A DNA stretch of 64,000 bases from Flavobacteriales bacterium (GTDB lineage: Bacteria > Bacteroidota > Bacteroidia > JACJYZ01): the NCBI GenBank assembly GCA_020635855.1, contig JACJYZ010000004.1:361628-425627 (forward strand), given 5' to 3'. Positions within the stretch are counted from its first letter, which is position 1; every line of letters starts with the position of its first letter. Positions 19,758-29,091 of this stretch are shown in pieces. The position numbers and the translations under genes were made by a program. The notes under the pieces are model-generated. The model made no database searches, was not told the origin of the DNA, and was given only the letters and a program-made list of their open reading frames with translations.

Positions 19758-20885
19758 ATGGATAAAATCCCACAACTGCTCAACAAAGCACTGAACCTTG
19801 AGTTCCTTACCGCCGAAGAAGGTCAACACCTTTTTGAGCATGCCAGCACACCGGAACTGATGCACACCGGACATATGATCCGCCGCAAGAAAGTTCCCGG
19901 TAACAACGTGACCTGGATCATCGACCGGAATGTGAACACCACCAACGTATGCGTGGCCAACTGCAAATTCTGCAATTTCTATCGCATACCCGGACACCCG
20001 GAATCCTACATCACCGACATTGACACATATAAACGCAAGATCGAAGAAACCTTCCGGTACGGCGGCGAACAATTGTTGCTCCAGGGGGGGCATCATCCGG
20101 AACTGGGTCTTGCCTATTACACCGATCTGTTCCGGACCCTAAAATCGTTGTATCCCAACCTGAAACTGCACGCACTCGGACCGCCGGAAGTAGCGCATAT
20201 CTGCAAACTTGAGAACAAGTCCCACAAAGAAGTACTGGAAGCCCTGATCGAATCCGGGCTTGATTCTCTGCCGGGTGCCGGTGCTGAGATCCTGACCGAT
20301 CGCGTGCGCAGGCTCGTATCCAATGGCAAATGCAGTGCAAAGGAATGGCTGGATATCATGAGGGAAGCTCACCGTCAGCACCTCACCACTTCGGCCACCA
20401 TGATGTTCGCCCACGAAGAAACCATTGAAGAACGTTTTGAGCACCTGATCCTGCTCAGGGAAGTACAGGCAGAGAAACCGGCAGACGCCAAAGGTTTCCT
20501 TGCCTTCATCCCCTGGACGTTTCAGGATGACGGCACCCTTCTTAAAAAGGTGAGGGGTGTGATCAATTCCTCATCGGCTGAAGAGTACCTGCGCATGGTC
20601 GCCATCTGCCGCATCATGTTGCCCAACATTACCAACATACAGGCATCGTGGCTCACAGCAGGTAAGCAAACGGCGCAGCTGGCGCTCTATGCCGGCGCCA
20701 ATGACTTCGGTTCGATCATGATCGAGGAAAACGTGGTTTCGGCGGCAGGCGCACCCCACCGGTTCACCGCACAGGGCATTCAGCAAGCGATCCTTGAAGC
20801 CGGATTCGAACCCAGGCTGCGGAACCAACAATATGAATTCAGGGAGATACCCGAAACCATGGAAGAACAAGTGATCACATATTAA
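19758..20885 (+). CDS. CofH/MqnC/MqnE-family radical SAM enzyme (futalosine-route menaquinone biosynthesis)
   Basis: 375 aa with the radical-SAM cluster motif CVANCKFCNFY. Overall layout matches MqnC/MqnE-type enzymes. I cannot distinguish MqnC from MqnE by eye. Confidence 0.75.
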   Translation: MDKIPQLLNKALNLEFLTAEEGQHLFEHASTPELMHTGHMIRRKKVPGNNVTWIIDRNVNTTNVCVANCKFCNFYRIPGHPESYITDIDTYKRKIEETFRYGGEQLLLQGGHHPELGLAYYTDLFRTLKSLYPNLKLHALGPPEVAHICKLENKSHKEVLEALIESGLDSLPGAGAEILTDRVRRLVSNGKCSAKEWLDIMREAHRQHLTTSATMMFAHEETIEERFEHLILLREVQAEKPADAKGFLAFIPWTFQDDGTLLKKVRGVINSSSAEEYLRMVAICRIMLPNITNIQASWLTAGKQTAQLALYAGANDFGSIMIEENVVSAAGAPHRFTAQGIQQAILEAGFEPRLRNQQYEFREIPETMEEQVITY

Positions 20886-20969
20886 AGGAAGGAGCGCCCG
20901 AACACACAACAATTTTTTTGTGTACTTTTATGTTGATGTGATGTTCCCCTCCCATGATTTTCTCTTGAT

Positions 20970-23588
20970 ATGAAACGATTTCTACCCATTATTTTCGCAC
21001 TTCTTGCCAGTGCCCTGCCAGCCATGGCAACGCACAACCGCGCGGGTGAAATCACATACCGGCAAATTTCCAAGAACCCTCCCACCTTCGAATTCACCAT
21101 CCTCACCTATACCAAAAGTTCCAGCCAGGCCGACAGGAAAGAACTGGAACTTAATTACGGGGACGGAAAAGTTGATACCGTACCGCGTATCAAGATCGTA
21201 CCCTTGCCTGACGATATGCAACGAAACGAATACGTGGCCAGGCATACTTTCAATGGAGGCGGTGTGTACATCATTTCGGTAACCGACCCGAACCGAAACG
21301 CCAGCATTGTTAACATCCCCAATTCAATCGATGTGGTTTTTTACATCGAAACGATGATGACCATCAGCCCCTTCCTCGGCTATAACAACAGTCCGGTGCT
21401 GCTGAACCCACCGGTAGACAATGCGGCCCTGAACCAGATATTTATTCATAACCCCAATGCTTGGGATGTGGACGGAGACAGCCTGGCTTATCACCTCATC
21501 ACCTGCAAACAGGAAGGTGGCCTGAACATTCCCGGTTATACATTACCAAGCCAACATCCTCCCGGGCCTGCCAACCAGGTTTCCCTGGACGAGATCACGG
21601 GCGACTTTGTATGGGACAGCCCGAAACTGAAAGGTGAGTACAACGTGGCCATCCTGATCGAAGAATGGAGAAAAGGGGTTCGGATCGGGTATGTGCTCAG
21701 GGACATGCAGATTGATGTCTACGACCAGAACAACAACGCACCCGATATCCAGGCCATTCCCGACTATTGTGTGATGGCCGGTGATTCCATCCGCTTTAAA
21801 GTTACCGCTACCGACCCGGATATCGGACAACATGTGACGCTTTCCGGCACCGGCGGTCCACTGGAAGTCTCGTCGGATCCCGCCGACTTTCCCCAACCCT
21901 TTACCGGTGTGGGAACCGTTTCCTCCACCTTTACATGGGCCACGAACTGCGACCACATCCGCAAGGAGTTTTATGAAATGGTATTCAAAGCGGAAGATGA
22001 TTTCGGCAAACAGCACCTGGTGGACATGGAATCTGTACTGATCAGGATCATCGGGCCACCCGCGCAGAACCTCACCGCGGTTCCATTCGGGAACACCATG
22101 GTGCTTGACTGGAACCCGCCCAGGTGTGGCAATGCCACGGGTTACAAGATCTATCGCCGGATAGGTTGCGCGAATTTCGTGCCCGATACCTGCAAGCCCG
22201 GCATTGATCCTTCTTCCGGGTTTGTTCTCATAGGTAGCGTGGATGCGAGCACCTTCACCTTCACGGATGACAATGGCGGTCTGGGACTGTCACATGGAAA
22301 AACTTACAGCTATGTGGTGGTAGCCATGTACCCGAATGAAACCAACGGTCTTGCGTCCTCGCAGGTTTGCATGCAGCTGAAGAAAGATGTTCCCATCATC
22401 ACCCATGTTGATGTAAGGAAAACGGACCCTTCAAACGGCGAGGTGTACCTGCAATGGTCGATGCCCACCGAATTGGATACGATCAAATTCCCCGGTCCTT
22501 ATACCTATCGTATTTACGGCAATAGCGGATTTTATGAAAACAACCCGGCACTGATCGGGATCGAGAATGCATTGACAGATACTTTTTCGGTACACCTGGG
22601 TGTAAATACGGTGGATGACGCCAACACGTACAGGATTGATCTGTACAACGGACCCAGCGGCAGCGAGACCTATCTCGGAAGCACGCAGGCAGCATCATCC
22701 ATATTCCTTACCCTTGACGGTTCCGACAATGCACTTCAACTGACGTGGCAGGAAAATGTACCCTGGACCAACAAGAAATATGTCGTACACAAATGGGACG
22801 GAAGTCAGTTCGTAGCGATTGACACCGTCACCACCCAGTCCTACAAGCAAACCGGACTGACCAACGGGCAGGACTATTGTTACAAGATCGAGGGAATCGG
22901 CACATATGGTACGGTCGGAATTGCAGACCCGCTGAATAACTTCTCCCAGGAGGTTTGTGCAGCACCCATTGATACGGTGCCCCCTTGCAGTCCGAAACTG
23001 ACGGTGCACAGCAACTGCGACAATGCCGAGAACCTGTTGAACTGGTCCTATCCTGCCAAATGCGACAAAGAGGTGATCGCTTATAAAATTTACTATGCCA
23101 CCGGAGAGGACGGACCTTTCAGCCTGCTGGATACATATCCGGTAAACGGTCCGGTTGATTCCGAGTACGTACACGCCAACCTGCCCACCATGTCGGGTTG
23201 TTATGCGGTAACCGCCCTTGATTCTTCCATGAACGAAAGTGAAATGGTACCGGTTTGCGTAGACACAAGCTGCACGGAGTATGTGCTCCCGAACGTATTC
23301 ACTCCCAACGGAGATACATACAACGATCAGTACCGGCCCTTCCCGTATCGCTTTGTTGACAAGGTTCACATGCAGGTCTTCAACCGTTGGGGCACACGTA
23401 TCTTTGAAACGAGTGATCCTGATATCAAGTGGAACGGCAAGATCCAGGGCAGTGGCAACCCCTGCTCGGAAGGCGTGTATTACTATGTGTGCGAAGTATA
23501 CCGTAAATCACTCCAGGGGCCTCAGCTGGTAACTGTCTTAACAGGATACATCCAGTTGATCGGCGCGCCCAAACCTTCCACCAAATAA
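20970..23588 (+). CDS. Large secreted cell-surface protein with a T9SS type-B (gliding-motility-associated) C-terminal sorting domain
   Basis: Signal peptide MKRFLPIIFALLASALPAMA|THNRAGEITY. Contains the DVDGDSLAYHL Ca-binding-like motif and Ig/FN3-like middle regions. The C-terminus VLPNVFTPNGDTYNDQY...VFNRWGTRIFE...WNGK...EGVYYYV is typical of type-B CTDs. Confidence 0.85.
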   Translation: MKRFLPIIFALLASALPAMATHNRAGEITYRQISKNPPTFEFTILTYTKSSSQADRKELELNYGDGKVDTVPRIKIVPLPDDMQRNEYVARHTFNGGGVYIISVTDPNRNASIVNIPNSIDVVFYIETMMTISPFLGYNNSPVLLNPPVDNAALNQIFIHNPNAWDVDGDSLAYHLITCKQEGGLNIPGYTLPSQHPPGPANQVSLDEITGDFVWDSPKLKGEYNVAILIEEWRKGVRIGYVLRDMQIDVYDQNNNAPDIQAIPDYCVMAGDSIRFKVTATDPDIGQHVTLSGTGGPLEVSSDPADFPQPFTGVGTVSSTFTWATNCDHIRKEFYEMVFKAEDDFGKQHLVDMESVLIRIIGPPAQNLTAVPFGNTMVLDWNPPRCGNATGYKIYRRIGCANFVPDTCKPGIDPSSGFVLIGSVDASTFTFTDDNGGLGLSHGKTYSYVVVAMYPNETNGLASSQVCMQLKKDVPIITHVDVRKTDPSNGEVYLQWSMPTELDTIKFPGPYTYRIYGNSGFYENNPALIGIENALTDTFSVHLGVNTVDDANTYRIDLYNGPSGSETYLGSTQAASSIFLTLDGSDNALQLTWQENVPWTNKKYVVHKWDGSQFVAIDTVTTQSYKQTGLTNGQDYCYKIEGIGTYGTVGIADPLNNFSQEVCAAPIDTVPPCSPKLTVHSNCDNAENLLNWSYPAKCDKEVIAYKIYYATGEDGPFSLLDTYPVNGPVDSEYVHANLPTMSGCYAVTALDSSMNESEMVPVCVDTSCTEYVLPNVFTPNGDTYNDQYRPFPYRFVDKVHMQVFNRWGTRIFETSDPDIKWNGKIQGSGNPCSEGVYYYVCEVYRKSLQGPQLVTVLTGYIQLIGAPKPSTK

Positions 23589-23628
23589 CTTCCTGTCACC
23601 TATCAGGCATCGCCTCACCTGAAACATG

Positions 23629-23636
23629 TACCTTTG
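23629..23636 (+). promoter_or_regulatory. Candidate -7 box (TACCTTTG) for ribE
   Basis: Exact TAnnTTTG, with only 4 nt between it and ATG 23641. It lies downstream of the track start at 23626, which supports 23641 as the real start. Confidence 0.4.
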
Positions 23637-23640
23637 TTGC

Positions 23641-24237
23641 ATGTTCACAGGCATCATCAAGTCCATTGGCAAGGTTGTGTCCCTGCAAAAGAAACAGGGA
23701 AATCTGGAAATCGGTGTGGAAAGTGATTTCACGGAAGAATTGCATGTAGACCAAAGCATCGCCCACAACGGGGTGTGTCTGACGGTAACCCGGATTGAAG
23801 CCCCCGTTTACTATGTTGAGGCCATTGCGGAAACACGCGCAAAAACGAACCTTGGATATCTTTCGCCCGGCTCACGCATCAACCTTGAGAGGTGCCTGAT
23901 GGCCGGGGACCGTTTGGACGGACACTTTGTACAGGGTCATGTGGATACAACAGCCATGGTGGAAAACATCCGGGATGACGACGGTAGCTGGGTTTTTCAG
24001 TTCGCATGCAAAAAGGATCCGGCCGGTTTGCTTGTCCCCAAAGGATCCGTCACGGTGAACGGTATCAGCCTCACACTGGTAGAAGTGACTGACCGCTCCT
24101 TCTCAGTGGCCATCATCCCATATACCTTTGAGCATACCAACCTCTCCGATCTGAAGCAGGGAGATGAGGTGAACATTGAGTTCGATGTGTTGGGCAAATA
24201 CGTACGCCAGATGCTGCAGGCGTCCGGAAGGATTTGA
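23641..24237 (+). CDS. ribE: Riboflavin synthase alpha chain
   Basis: Canonical MFTGII N-terminus at ATG 23641. Shows the duplicated lumazine-binding repeat (SIAHNGVCLTV / SVTVNGISLTL). Confidence 0.93.
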   Translation: MFTGIIKSIGKVVSLQKKQGNLEIGVESDFTEELHVDQSIAHNGVCLTVTRIEAPVYYVEAIAETRAKTNLGYLSPGSRINLERCLMAGDRLDGHFVQGHVDTTAMVENIRDDDGSWVFQFACKKDPAGLLVPKGSVTVNGISLTLVEVTDRSFSVAIIPYTFEHTNLSDLKQGDEVNIEFDVLGKYVRQMLQASGRI

Positions 24238-24243
24238 GATGAA

Positions 24244-25197
24244 TCAGAAAACTTCAGCTGCAATCGCGCGCACACTTTCCGATTTACCCATGGTATAATA
24301 GTGAATGCAAGGCACGCCGCCTTTGATCAACTCCTTTGATTGCTGGATGCCCCACTCAATACCCACCCGACTGACTTCGGCATCGGTTGAGCATTTTTCC
24401 AGTTCATTGGCAAGCTCCACCGGGATGTCGATGTGAAATGTCTTCGGCAGAAATTGGATATGCTTGAGGGTAGTGATGGGTTTCAAGCCGGGAATGATAG
24501 GTGCGGTGATTCCCGCATTGCGGCACATGTCCACGAAATTGAAATATTTCTTCGTGTCGAAGAACATCTGGGTTACGATGTAATCCGCACCCGCTTCAAT
24601 CTTTTCCTTCAGGTACTTCAGATCCGTCTGGAGATTCAATGCCTCGAAATGCTTTTCCGGGTAACCGGCAACGCCGATACAAAACGCCGAGGAAGTGGCA
24701 TCCTGAATTTCATCATCCAAATACTTGCCGGTATTCAGGTCTACAATATGGCGCACGAGGTCTACCGCATGCGCATGTCCGTTTTCCTCCGGAATGAAAG
24801 TGCTTTCGGTTTTGATTGGATCTCCGCGTAACGCCAGCACATTATCTATACCCAGGAATTGCAGATCAATCAGGGCATTCTCTGTTTCCTCCTTGGAAAA
24901 ACCGCCGCAAATCAGGTGAGGAACCGCATCCACATGATACTTGTTCATGATGGCTGCACATATGCCAACTGTACCGGGTCGTTTGCGGATGGAAACTTTC
25001 TCGAGAAAACCCCGCTCACGCTTCTTGTACACATACTCTTCCCTGTGGTATGTCACATTGATGAACCTGGGCCCGAACTCTATCAGCGGATCAATGCCCT
25101 CGAACAGAGATCCTATGCTTTTGCCCTTCAGGGGCGGTAATATTTCAAAGGAAAAAAGGGTTGATTTCGCTTCTTTCAGGTGGTCGATTACTTTCAT
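24244..25197 (-). CDS. metF: 5,10-methylenetetrahydrofolate reductase
   Basis: Start at ATG 25197 (MKVIDHLKEAKSTLFSFEILPP...). Matches MetF throughout (FINVTYHRE, CGG, ALRGD, VAGYPEKH). The track TTG start at 25227 lies upstream of the candidate -7 box. Confidence 0.92.
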   Translation of the reverse strand: MKVIDHLKEAKSTLFSFEILPPLKGKSIGSLFEGIDPLIEFGPRFINVTYHREEYVYKKRERGFLEKVSIRKRPGTVGICAAIMNKYHVDAVPHLICGGFSKEETENALIDLQFLGIDNVLALRGDPIKTESTFIPEENGHAHAVDLVRHIVDLNTGKYLDDEIQDATSSAFCIGVAGYPEKHFEALNLQTDLKYLKEKIEAGADYIVTQMFFDTKKYFNFVDMCRNAGITAPIIPGLKPITTLKHIQFLPKTFHIDIPVELANELEKCSTDAEVSRVGIEWGIQQSKELIKGGVPCIHYYTMGKSESVRAIAAEVF

Positions 25198-25204
25198 AGG
25201 CGGA

Positions 25205-25212
25205 CAAAGATA
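25205..25212 (-). promoter_or_regulatory. Candidate -7 box (TATCTTTG on the minus strand) for metF
   Basis: The plus strand reads CAAAGATA, the reverse complement of an exact TAnnTTTG. 7 nt separate it from the metF ATG. Confidence 0.4.
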
Positions 25213-25480
25213 ACAACTATGAATCAATCAGTTGATCACCCCTCATAGCCCTGTTTTAAACCCGGGCATCAACCGTGCAAATAAATTGCAATCCGGAAGC
25301 AATGTTATTGAATGCTAAATTGCTGGATATCTTATTTTTAAATAACAATAGAATTATGCGACTTTTCTATTTGAAACATTTTTTCTTACTTAGCAACCCC
25401 TTACAGGGAACCTGGCCATTGCCAATTGATAACACGGTTGGGTTGAGTCGTTGTGTTCACATGCTATCCTGAATGTTGCT

Positions 25481-28400
25481 ATGAAAAGACTGCTATTCGC
25501 GGTGCTGATTTTGTTCGCAAGCCCCCATCTTTCGCTGGCCACCCATATCATTGGCGGAGAACTGAATTACCGCTGCCTGGGAGGCAATCTTTACGAGATT
25601 CATTTGCGGGTATACCGTGACTGCTACTATGGCGATCCCGATTTCGATGATCCGGCAGCCGTAGGTGTTTTTAGCGCCAACAACAATTTGATCACCACTG
25701 TATACATTCCCTTTGATACCAAGCAAAAACTCGACCCTACATTCAACCAGGCCAACCCTTGTGTGAAGATCCCGGCGAATGTATGCGTGGAAGCAACGGA
25801 GTATGTCACTACCGTTACCCTTCCGGCCATTGCAGGCGGTTATCAACTGACCTACCAGCGTTGTTGCCGCAACCAAACCGTTGTGAACCTGCAAAACCCG
25901 AACAACGTGGGCGCCACCTACTACGCGGTGATCCCGCCCAAAAGCATGGCCACCTGCAATTCCAACCCGGTTTTCAAAGCATGGCCGCCGATTTTTGTTT
26001 GCCGGAATATGGACATCAATTTCGACCATTCGGCCACCGATGCCGACGGCGACTCCATCGCTTATCATCTCTGCAAGCCTTTTGACGGCGCTTCCTTCAG
26101 CATTCCCAAGCCAACCGTTCCGAGTGCTCCCCCGTATTCTTATATCCCCTGGATAAATCCATATACCACCAACGACCCCCTGGGTGGCGTACCCCTGAAC
26201 ATTGACCCCAAGACTGGCTGGCTGACCGGATCACCCAATAAGGTAGGCCAATTCGTAGTGGGGGTCTGTGCCGATGAATACCGCAACGGAACCCTTATCA
26301 GCACCACCAAACGTGATTTCCAGTTCAATGTATTGGACTGCGAACCGGACGTAACCGCCGGCGCATTGGGTTTAACCACCAACTGTGTGAACCATACAGT
26401 GCAGTTCTGGAATACTTCCACAGGCGCTACAAACTATTTCTGGAATTTCGGAGACCCCACCACATTGGCGGATACCTCTTTATTGGTTAATCCCACCTAT
26501 AACTATCCCAATTCCGGCCCGTTTACCGTCACCCTGATCGCGTATTCTCCGAATGGCGACGCATGCAATGACACCATTACCAACCTGGTTACCGTGGTGG
26601 ATTCCTGCAGACCGTGCTCCATGACGCTTAATGCAGTTAAAACCGATGCAAGCTGCCGCGCAACCGCAGGATGCAATCCGGGACCTCCGGTGGTAACTGT
26701 TTGCGGAGGATTTCCCACTGACACATTGTGGGCTCAGGAACAAATTGTTGTGGTTAACGGAGCCTGCGCACGGGTCAAATCCTATACCCTGTACAGCAGT
26801 TGTTTATCGGGAAATTCTTCGAGTAGTGTGAATGGCGTTTGTACCTGCAAATGTGATGGACAGACATTGCCCAACTCAACATACACCAAGACAGATACCA
26901 CGTGGATAGGCGGTACGCTAGGGACGGCCAACGTTACCCCGAGCGGAGGACAAGCACCCTATTCCTATCAGTGGTCAAATGGAAAAACAACCAATAGCAT
27001 ATCCGGTCTGGATGCAGGAACCTATTGCGTATCGGTTGTAGATGCCACCGGTTTATGCGCAGATGAGATTTGCTTACATGTAGCAGGCGGTGGCAACATG
27101 ACCCTGAACCTGACCAGCACACCCATCTCCAATTGCGGACTCAAAGACGGTTCTGTCACCACCAGTCCGAGCGGTGGTACCGCCCCCTACACATACCTCT
27201 GGTCGCCTGGCGGACAAACCACCGCCTCTATCTCCAACTTAGGCCCCGGCACCTATACTGTGGTGGTTACGGATAAAGATAGTTGTTCAACGGTAGACCA
27301 GATCACGTTGGTGAGTCCGAGTGTTGTAACACCCAACCTCACCAGTTCTTCTGCGAACTGCGCGAATGGGAACGATGGAAGCATTACCGTCACCAACTCT
27401 GGCGGAACAGGACCCTATACCTACGCGTGGAGCCCAGGTGGATACACCACCCAAAATCCCACAGGTCTCACTTCCGGATACTACAAGGTAACTGTTACCG
27501 ACGCCAATGGATGCCAGGGCATAGCCGGCATCAGCGTTACAGAACCAACACCCATTACGGCTACCACATCGATGACCGATGCCACCTGCTTTGGTGATGC
27601 AAGCGGCACAGCAACGGTGACCGCATCCGGTGGCACCGCTCCTTATACCTATGCATGGATTACTTCTCCGGTACAAACGCTGAATACAGCTACCGGCCTG
27701 ACTGCAGGTACCTATACAGTCATTATTACGGATAGCAAAGGCTGTAAGGATACCACTTCCGTGACCGTTGGCGAACCTTTCCCTGTGACACCCGAAGCCA
27801 CCAACACCACACAATCCGGTTGTGTGGGATCTGTGCTGGGTAGCGCATCCGTGCAGATATCCGGTGGTAGTGCACCTTTCCAGTACCTCTGGTGCAATGG
27901 ACAAACAACCGCTTCCGTAACCGGTCTTACTGTCGGAGTTTGCGGCATCACGGTGACCGATGCCAATGGGTGTCAGGGCATGACAGATGTAGATATCATC
28001 TATCCTCCGAAAGTCACTGCTTCCACCATCGCTCAAGACCTGCTTTGCCATGGCGGAGGACTGGGTGCCATTACTGTAAATATTTCCGGCGGACGTCCCG
28101 GCTATACATACACTTGGAGTCCGGGTGGCTACACCACACAAAACATCATCGGTATCGTGCCCGGCACGTACTATGTGACGGTGACCGATGCAGACGGTTG
28201 CTCGGACACTACTTCGGCTACAGTTAGCCAACCCACGGCGCTCCAGCCCACGATTTCCAATACCGGAACCTCATGCACCGGTGCGTCCGACGGAACTGCA
28301 ACGGTGTCGGTTACCGGTGGTACTCCCGGCTATCTCTATCAATGGGATACCAGTACAGGCAACCAAACCACCGCAGCGGCAACAGGTCTCAGTGCAGGCA

Positions 28401-28996
28401 TATATACCGTACGTATCACCGACAGCAACGGATGCGACACCGTTCTTGCCACCACCGTTCTTGACGGCAGCGCACCTCCGAACGCCAAGTTCAAGTACAC
28501 GCCCCAGCTGCAATGTGACGGCGTGACCTACGCCCTCACCAACACCAGCACCAACGCTACCAACTACCATTGGATCCTGGAAGATGGCTCAACCACCAAC
28601 CTCTCCAACACACATGTTACATTGCCGTATGGAGACAAGGATTATGTAATCACCCTGATCGCCTCCAACGGCAGCTTGTGTTCCGATACCGAAGTGGTGA
28701 CCCTCAACCCGGGCCCCCTCAACCTGAACATCACGCCACCGAACGTATTTACACCCAACCACGACGGAACCAATGACTGTTTCTATATTCCGCTTGTGGC
28801 CGGACTGGATAACTGCGGCGAGTTACTGGTATTCAACCGTTGGGGTGTTCGTATCTACGACAACCAATTCGGGATTTGCTGGGACGGTAAAACCGATACC
28901 GGCAACGATGCCCCGGAAGGTACCTATTACTGGATTTTCAAAATGGGTGACCAGATTGATATGAACGGATGGGTGGCCCTTGTGAGAAACCCCTGA
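25481..28996 (+). CDS. Very large SprB-repeat / PKD-domain surface protein with a T9SS type-B C-terminal sorting domain
   Basis: Signal peptide [20 protein letters not shown]|[10 protein letters not shown]. Contains the [11 protein letters not shown] motif, two PKD-like segments (FWNFGDP..., YHWILEDGS...) and seven SprB-type repeats ([15 protein letters not shown]..TYTVTVTDxxGC). The C-terminus [15 protein letters not shown]...[10 protein letters not shown]...WDGK...EGTYYWIF is a type-B CTD. Confidence 0.88.
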   Translation: MKRLLFAVLILFASPHLSLATHIIGGELNYRCLGGNLYEIHLRVYRDCYYGDPDFDDPAAVGVFSANNNLITTVYIPFDTKQKLDPTFNQANPCVKIPANVCVEATEYVTTVTLPAIAGGYQLTYQRCCRNQTVVNLQNPNNVGATYYAVIPPKSMATCNSNPVFKAWPPIFVCRNMDINFDHSATDADGDSIAYHLCKPFDGASFSIPKPTVPSAPPYSYIPWINPYTTNDPLGGVPLNIDPKTGWLTGSPNKVGQFVVGVCADEYRNGTLISTTKRDFQFNVLDCEPDVTAGALGLTTNCVNHTVQFWNTSTGATNYFWNFGDPTTLADTSLLVNPTYNYPNSGPFTVTLIAYSPNGDACNDTITNLVTVVDSCRPCSMTLNAVKTDASCRATAGCNPGPPVVTVCGGFPTDTLWAQEQIVVVNGACARVKSYTLYSSCLSGNSSSSVNGVCTCKCDGQTLPNSTYTKTDTTWIGGTLGTANVTPSGGQAPYSYQWSNGKTTNSISGLDAGTYCVSVVDATGLCADEICLHVAGGGNMTLNLTSTPISNCGLKDGSVTTSPSGGTAPYTYLWSPGGQTTASISNLGPGTYTVVVTDKDSCSTVDQITLVSPSVVTPNLTSSSANCANGNDGSITVTNSGGTGPYTYAWSPGGYTTQNPTGLTSGYYKVTVTDANGCQGIAGISVTEPTPITATTSMTDATCFGDASGTATVTASGGTAPYTYAWITSPVQTLNTATGLTAGTYTVIITDSKGCKDTTSVTVGEPFPVTPEATNTTQSGCVGSVLGSASVQISGGSAPFQYLWCNGQTTASVTGLTVGVCGITVTDANGCQGMTDVDIIYPPKVTASTIAQDLLCHGGGLGAITVNISGGRPGYTYTWSPGGYTTQNIIGIVPGTYYVTVTDADGCSDTTSATVSQPTALQPTISNTGTSCTGASDGTATVSVTGGTPGYLYQWDTSTGNQTTAAATGLSAGIYTVRITDSNGCDTVLATTVLDGSAPPNAKFKYTPQLQCDGVTYALTNTSTNATNYHWILEDGSTTNLSNTHVTLPYGDKDYVITLIASNGSLCSDTEVVTLNPGPLNLNITPPNVFTPNHDGTNDCFYIPLVAGLDNCGELLVFNRWGVRIYDNQFGICWDGKTDTGNDAPEGTYYWIFKMGDQIDMNGWVALVRNP
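26921..28468 (+). repeat. Seven tandem in-frame SprB-type repeats (about 74 aa each) inside the adhesin gene
   Basis: The translation shows repeated units G(T/S)xxV..SGG(T/Q)(A/G)PY(T/S)Y.W..G.TT....GL..G.Y.V.V.D..GC. The copies have diverged at both the amino-acid and DNA level. Confidence 0.85.
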
Positions 28997-29007
28997 TAAA
29001 AATCCCT

Positions 29008-29041
29008 GAAGAGCATCCCACCCATGGATGCTCTTCTTTTT
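29008..29041 (+). terminator. Rho-independent terminator after the SprB-repeat gene
   Basis: Perfect 11-bp stem GAAGAGCATCC / GGATGCTCTTC with a 7-nt loop, followed by TTTTT. It starts 12 nt after the stop codon. Confidence 0.8.
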
Positions 29042-29078
29042 CCTTTTCCCTACCTGATTTTCATAGCGAAAATTGGCG

Positions 29079-29086
29079 TATTTTTG
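29079..29086 (+). promoter_or_regulatory. Candidate -7 box (TATTTTTG) for lepA
   Basis: Exact TAnnTTTG, with 5 nt between it and ATG 29092 and located downstream of the terminator. This supports 29092 as the lepA start. Confidence 0.4.
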
Positions 29087-29091
29087 CCGCC

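Noticed and set aside
19758-20885. Lone futalosine-pathway radical SAM gene as a possible sign of an unusual menaquinone locus
   Set aside because: mqn genes are typically scattered rather than clustered. Nothing in the flanking genes (pepA, adhesin) suggests a novel pathway.
23589-23640. FMN riboswitch upstream of ribE
   Set aside because: The intergenic space is only 52 nt and contains a -7 box 4 nt from the ATG, which is far too short for an FMN element.
25198-25480. 283-nt AT-rich divergent region between metF and the SprB-repeat gene. I considered a SAM riboswitch for metF and an invertible promoter for the adhesin. The track ORF 25275..25472 also lies here.
   Set aside because: The metF -7 box sits 7 nt from its ATG, leaving no room for a leader riboswitch. 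I found no SAM-I or SAM-II core motifs on either strand and no inverted repeats longer than about 6 bp. The 65-aa ORF has a non-ATG start and looks like random AT-rich sequence.
28969-29091. Long N-terminal extensions offered by the ORF track. Examples: lepA from 28969, M43 from 43774, tatD from 57165, purQ from 37887, the SprB gene from 25451 and the GT9 gene to 56576.
   Set aside because: The extensions run through terminators or promoter boxes, begin at non-ATG codons, or precede canonical family N-termini or signal peptides that start at internal ATGs.
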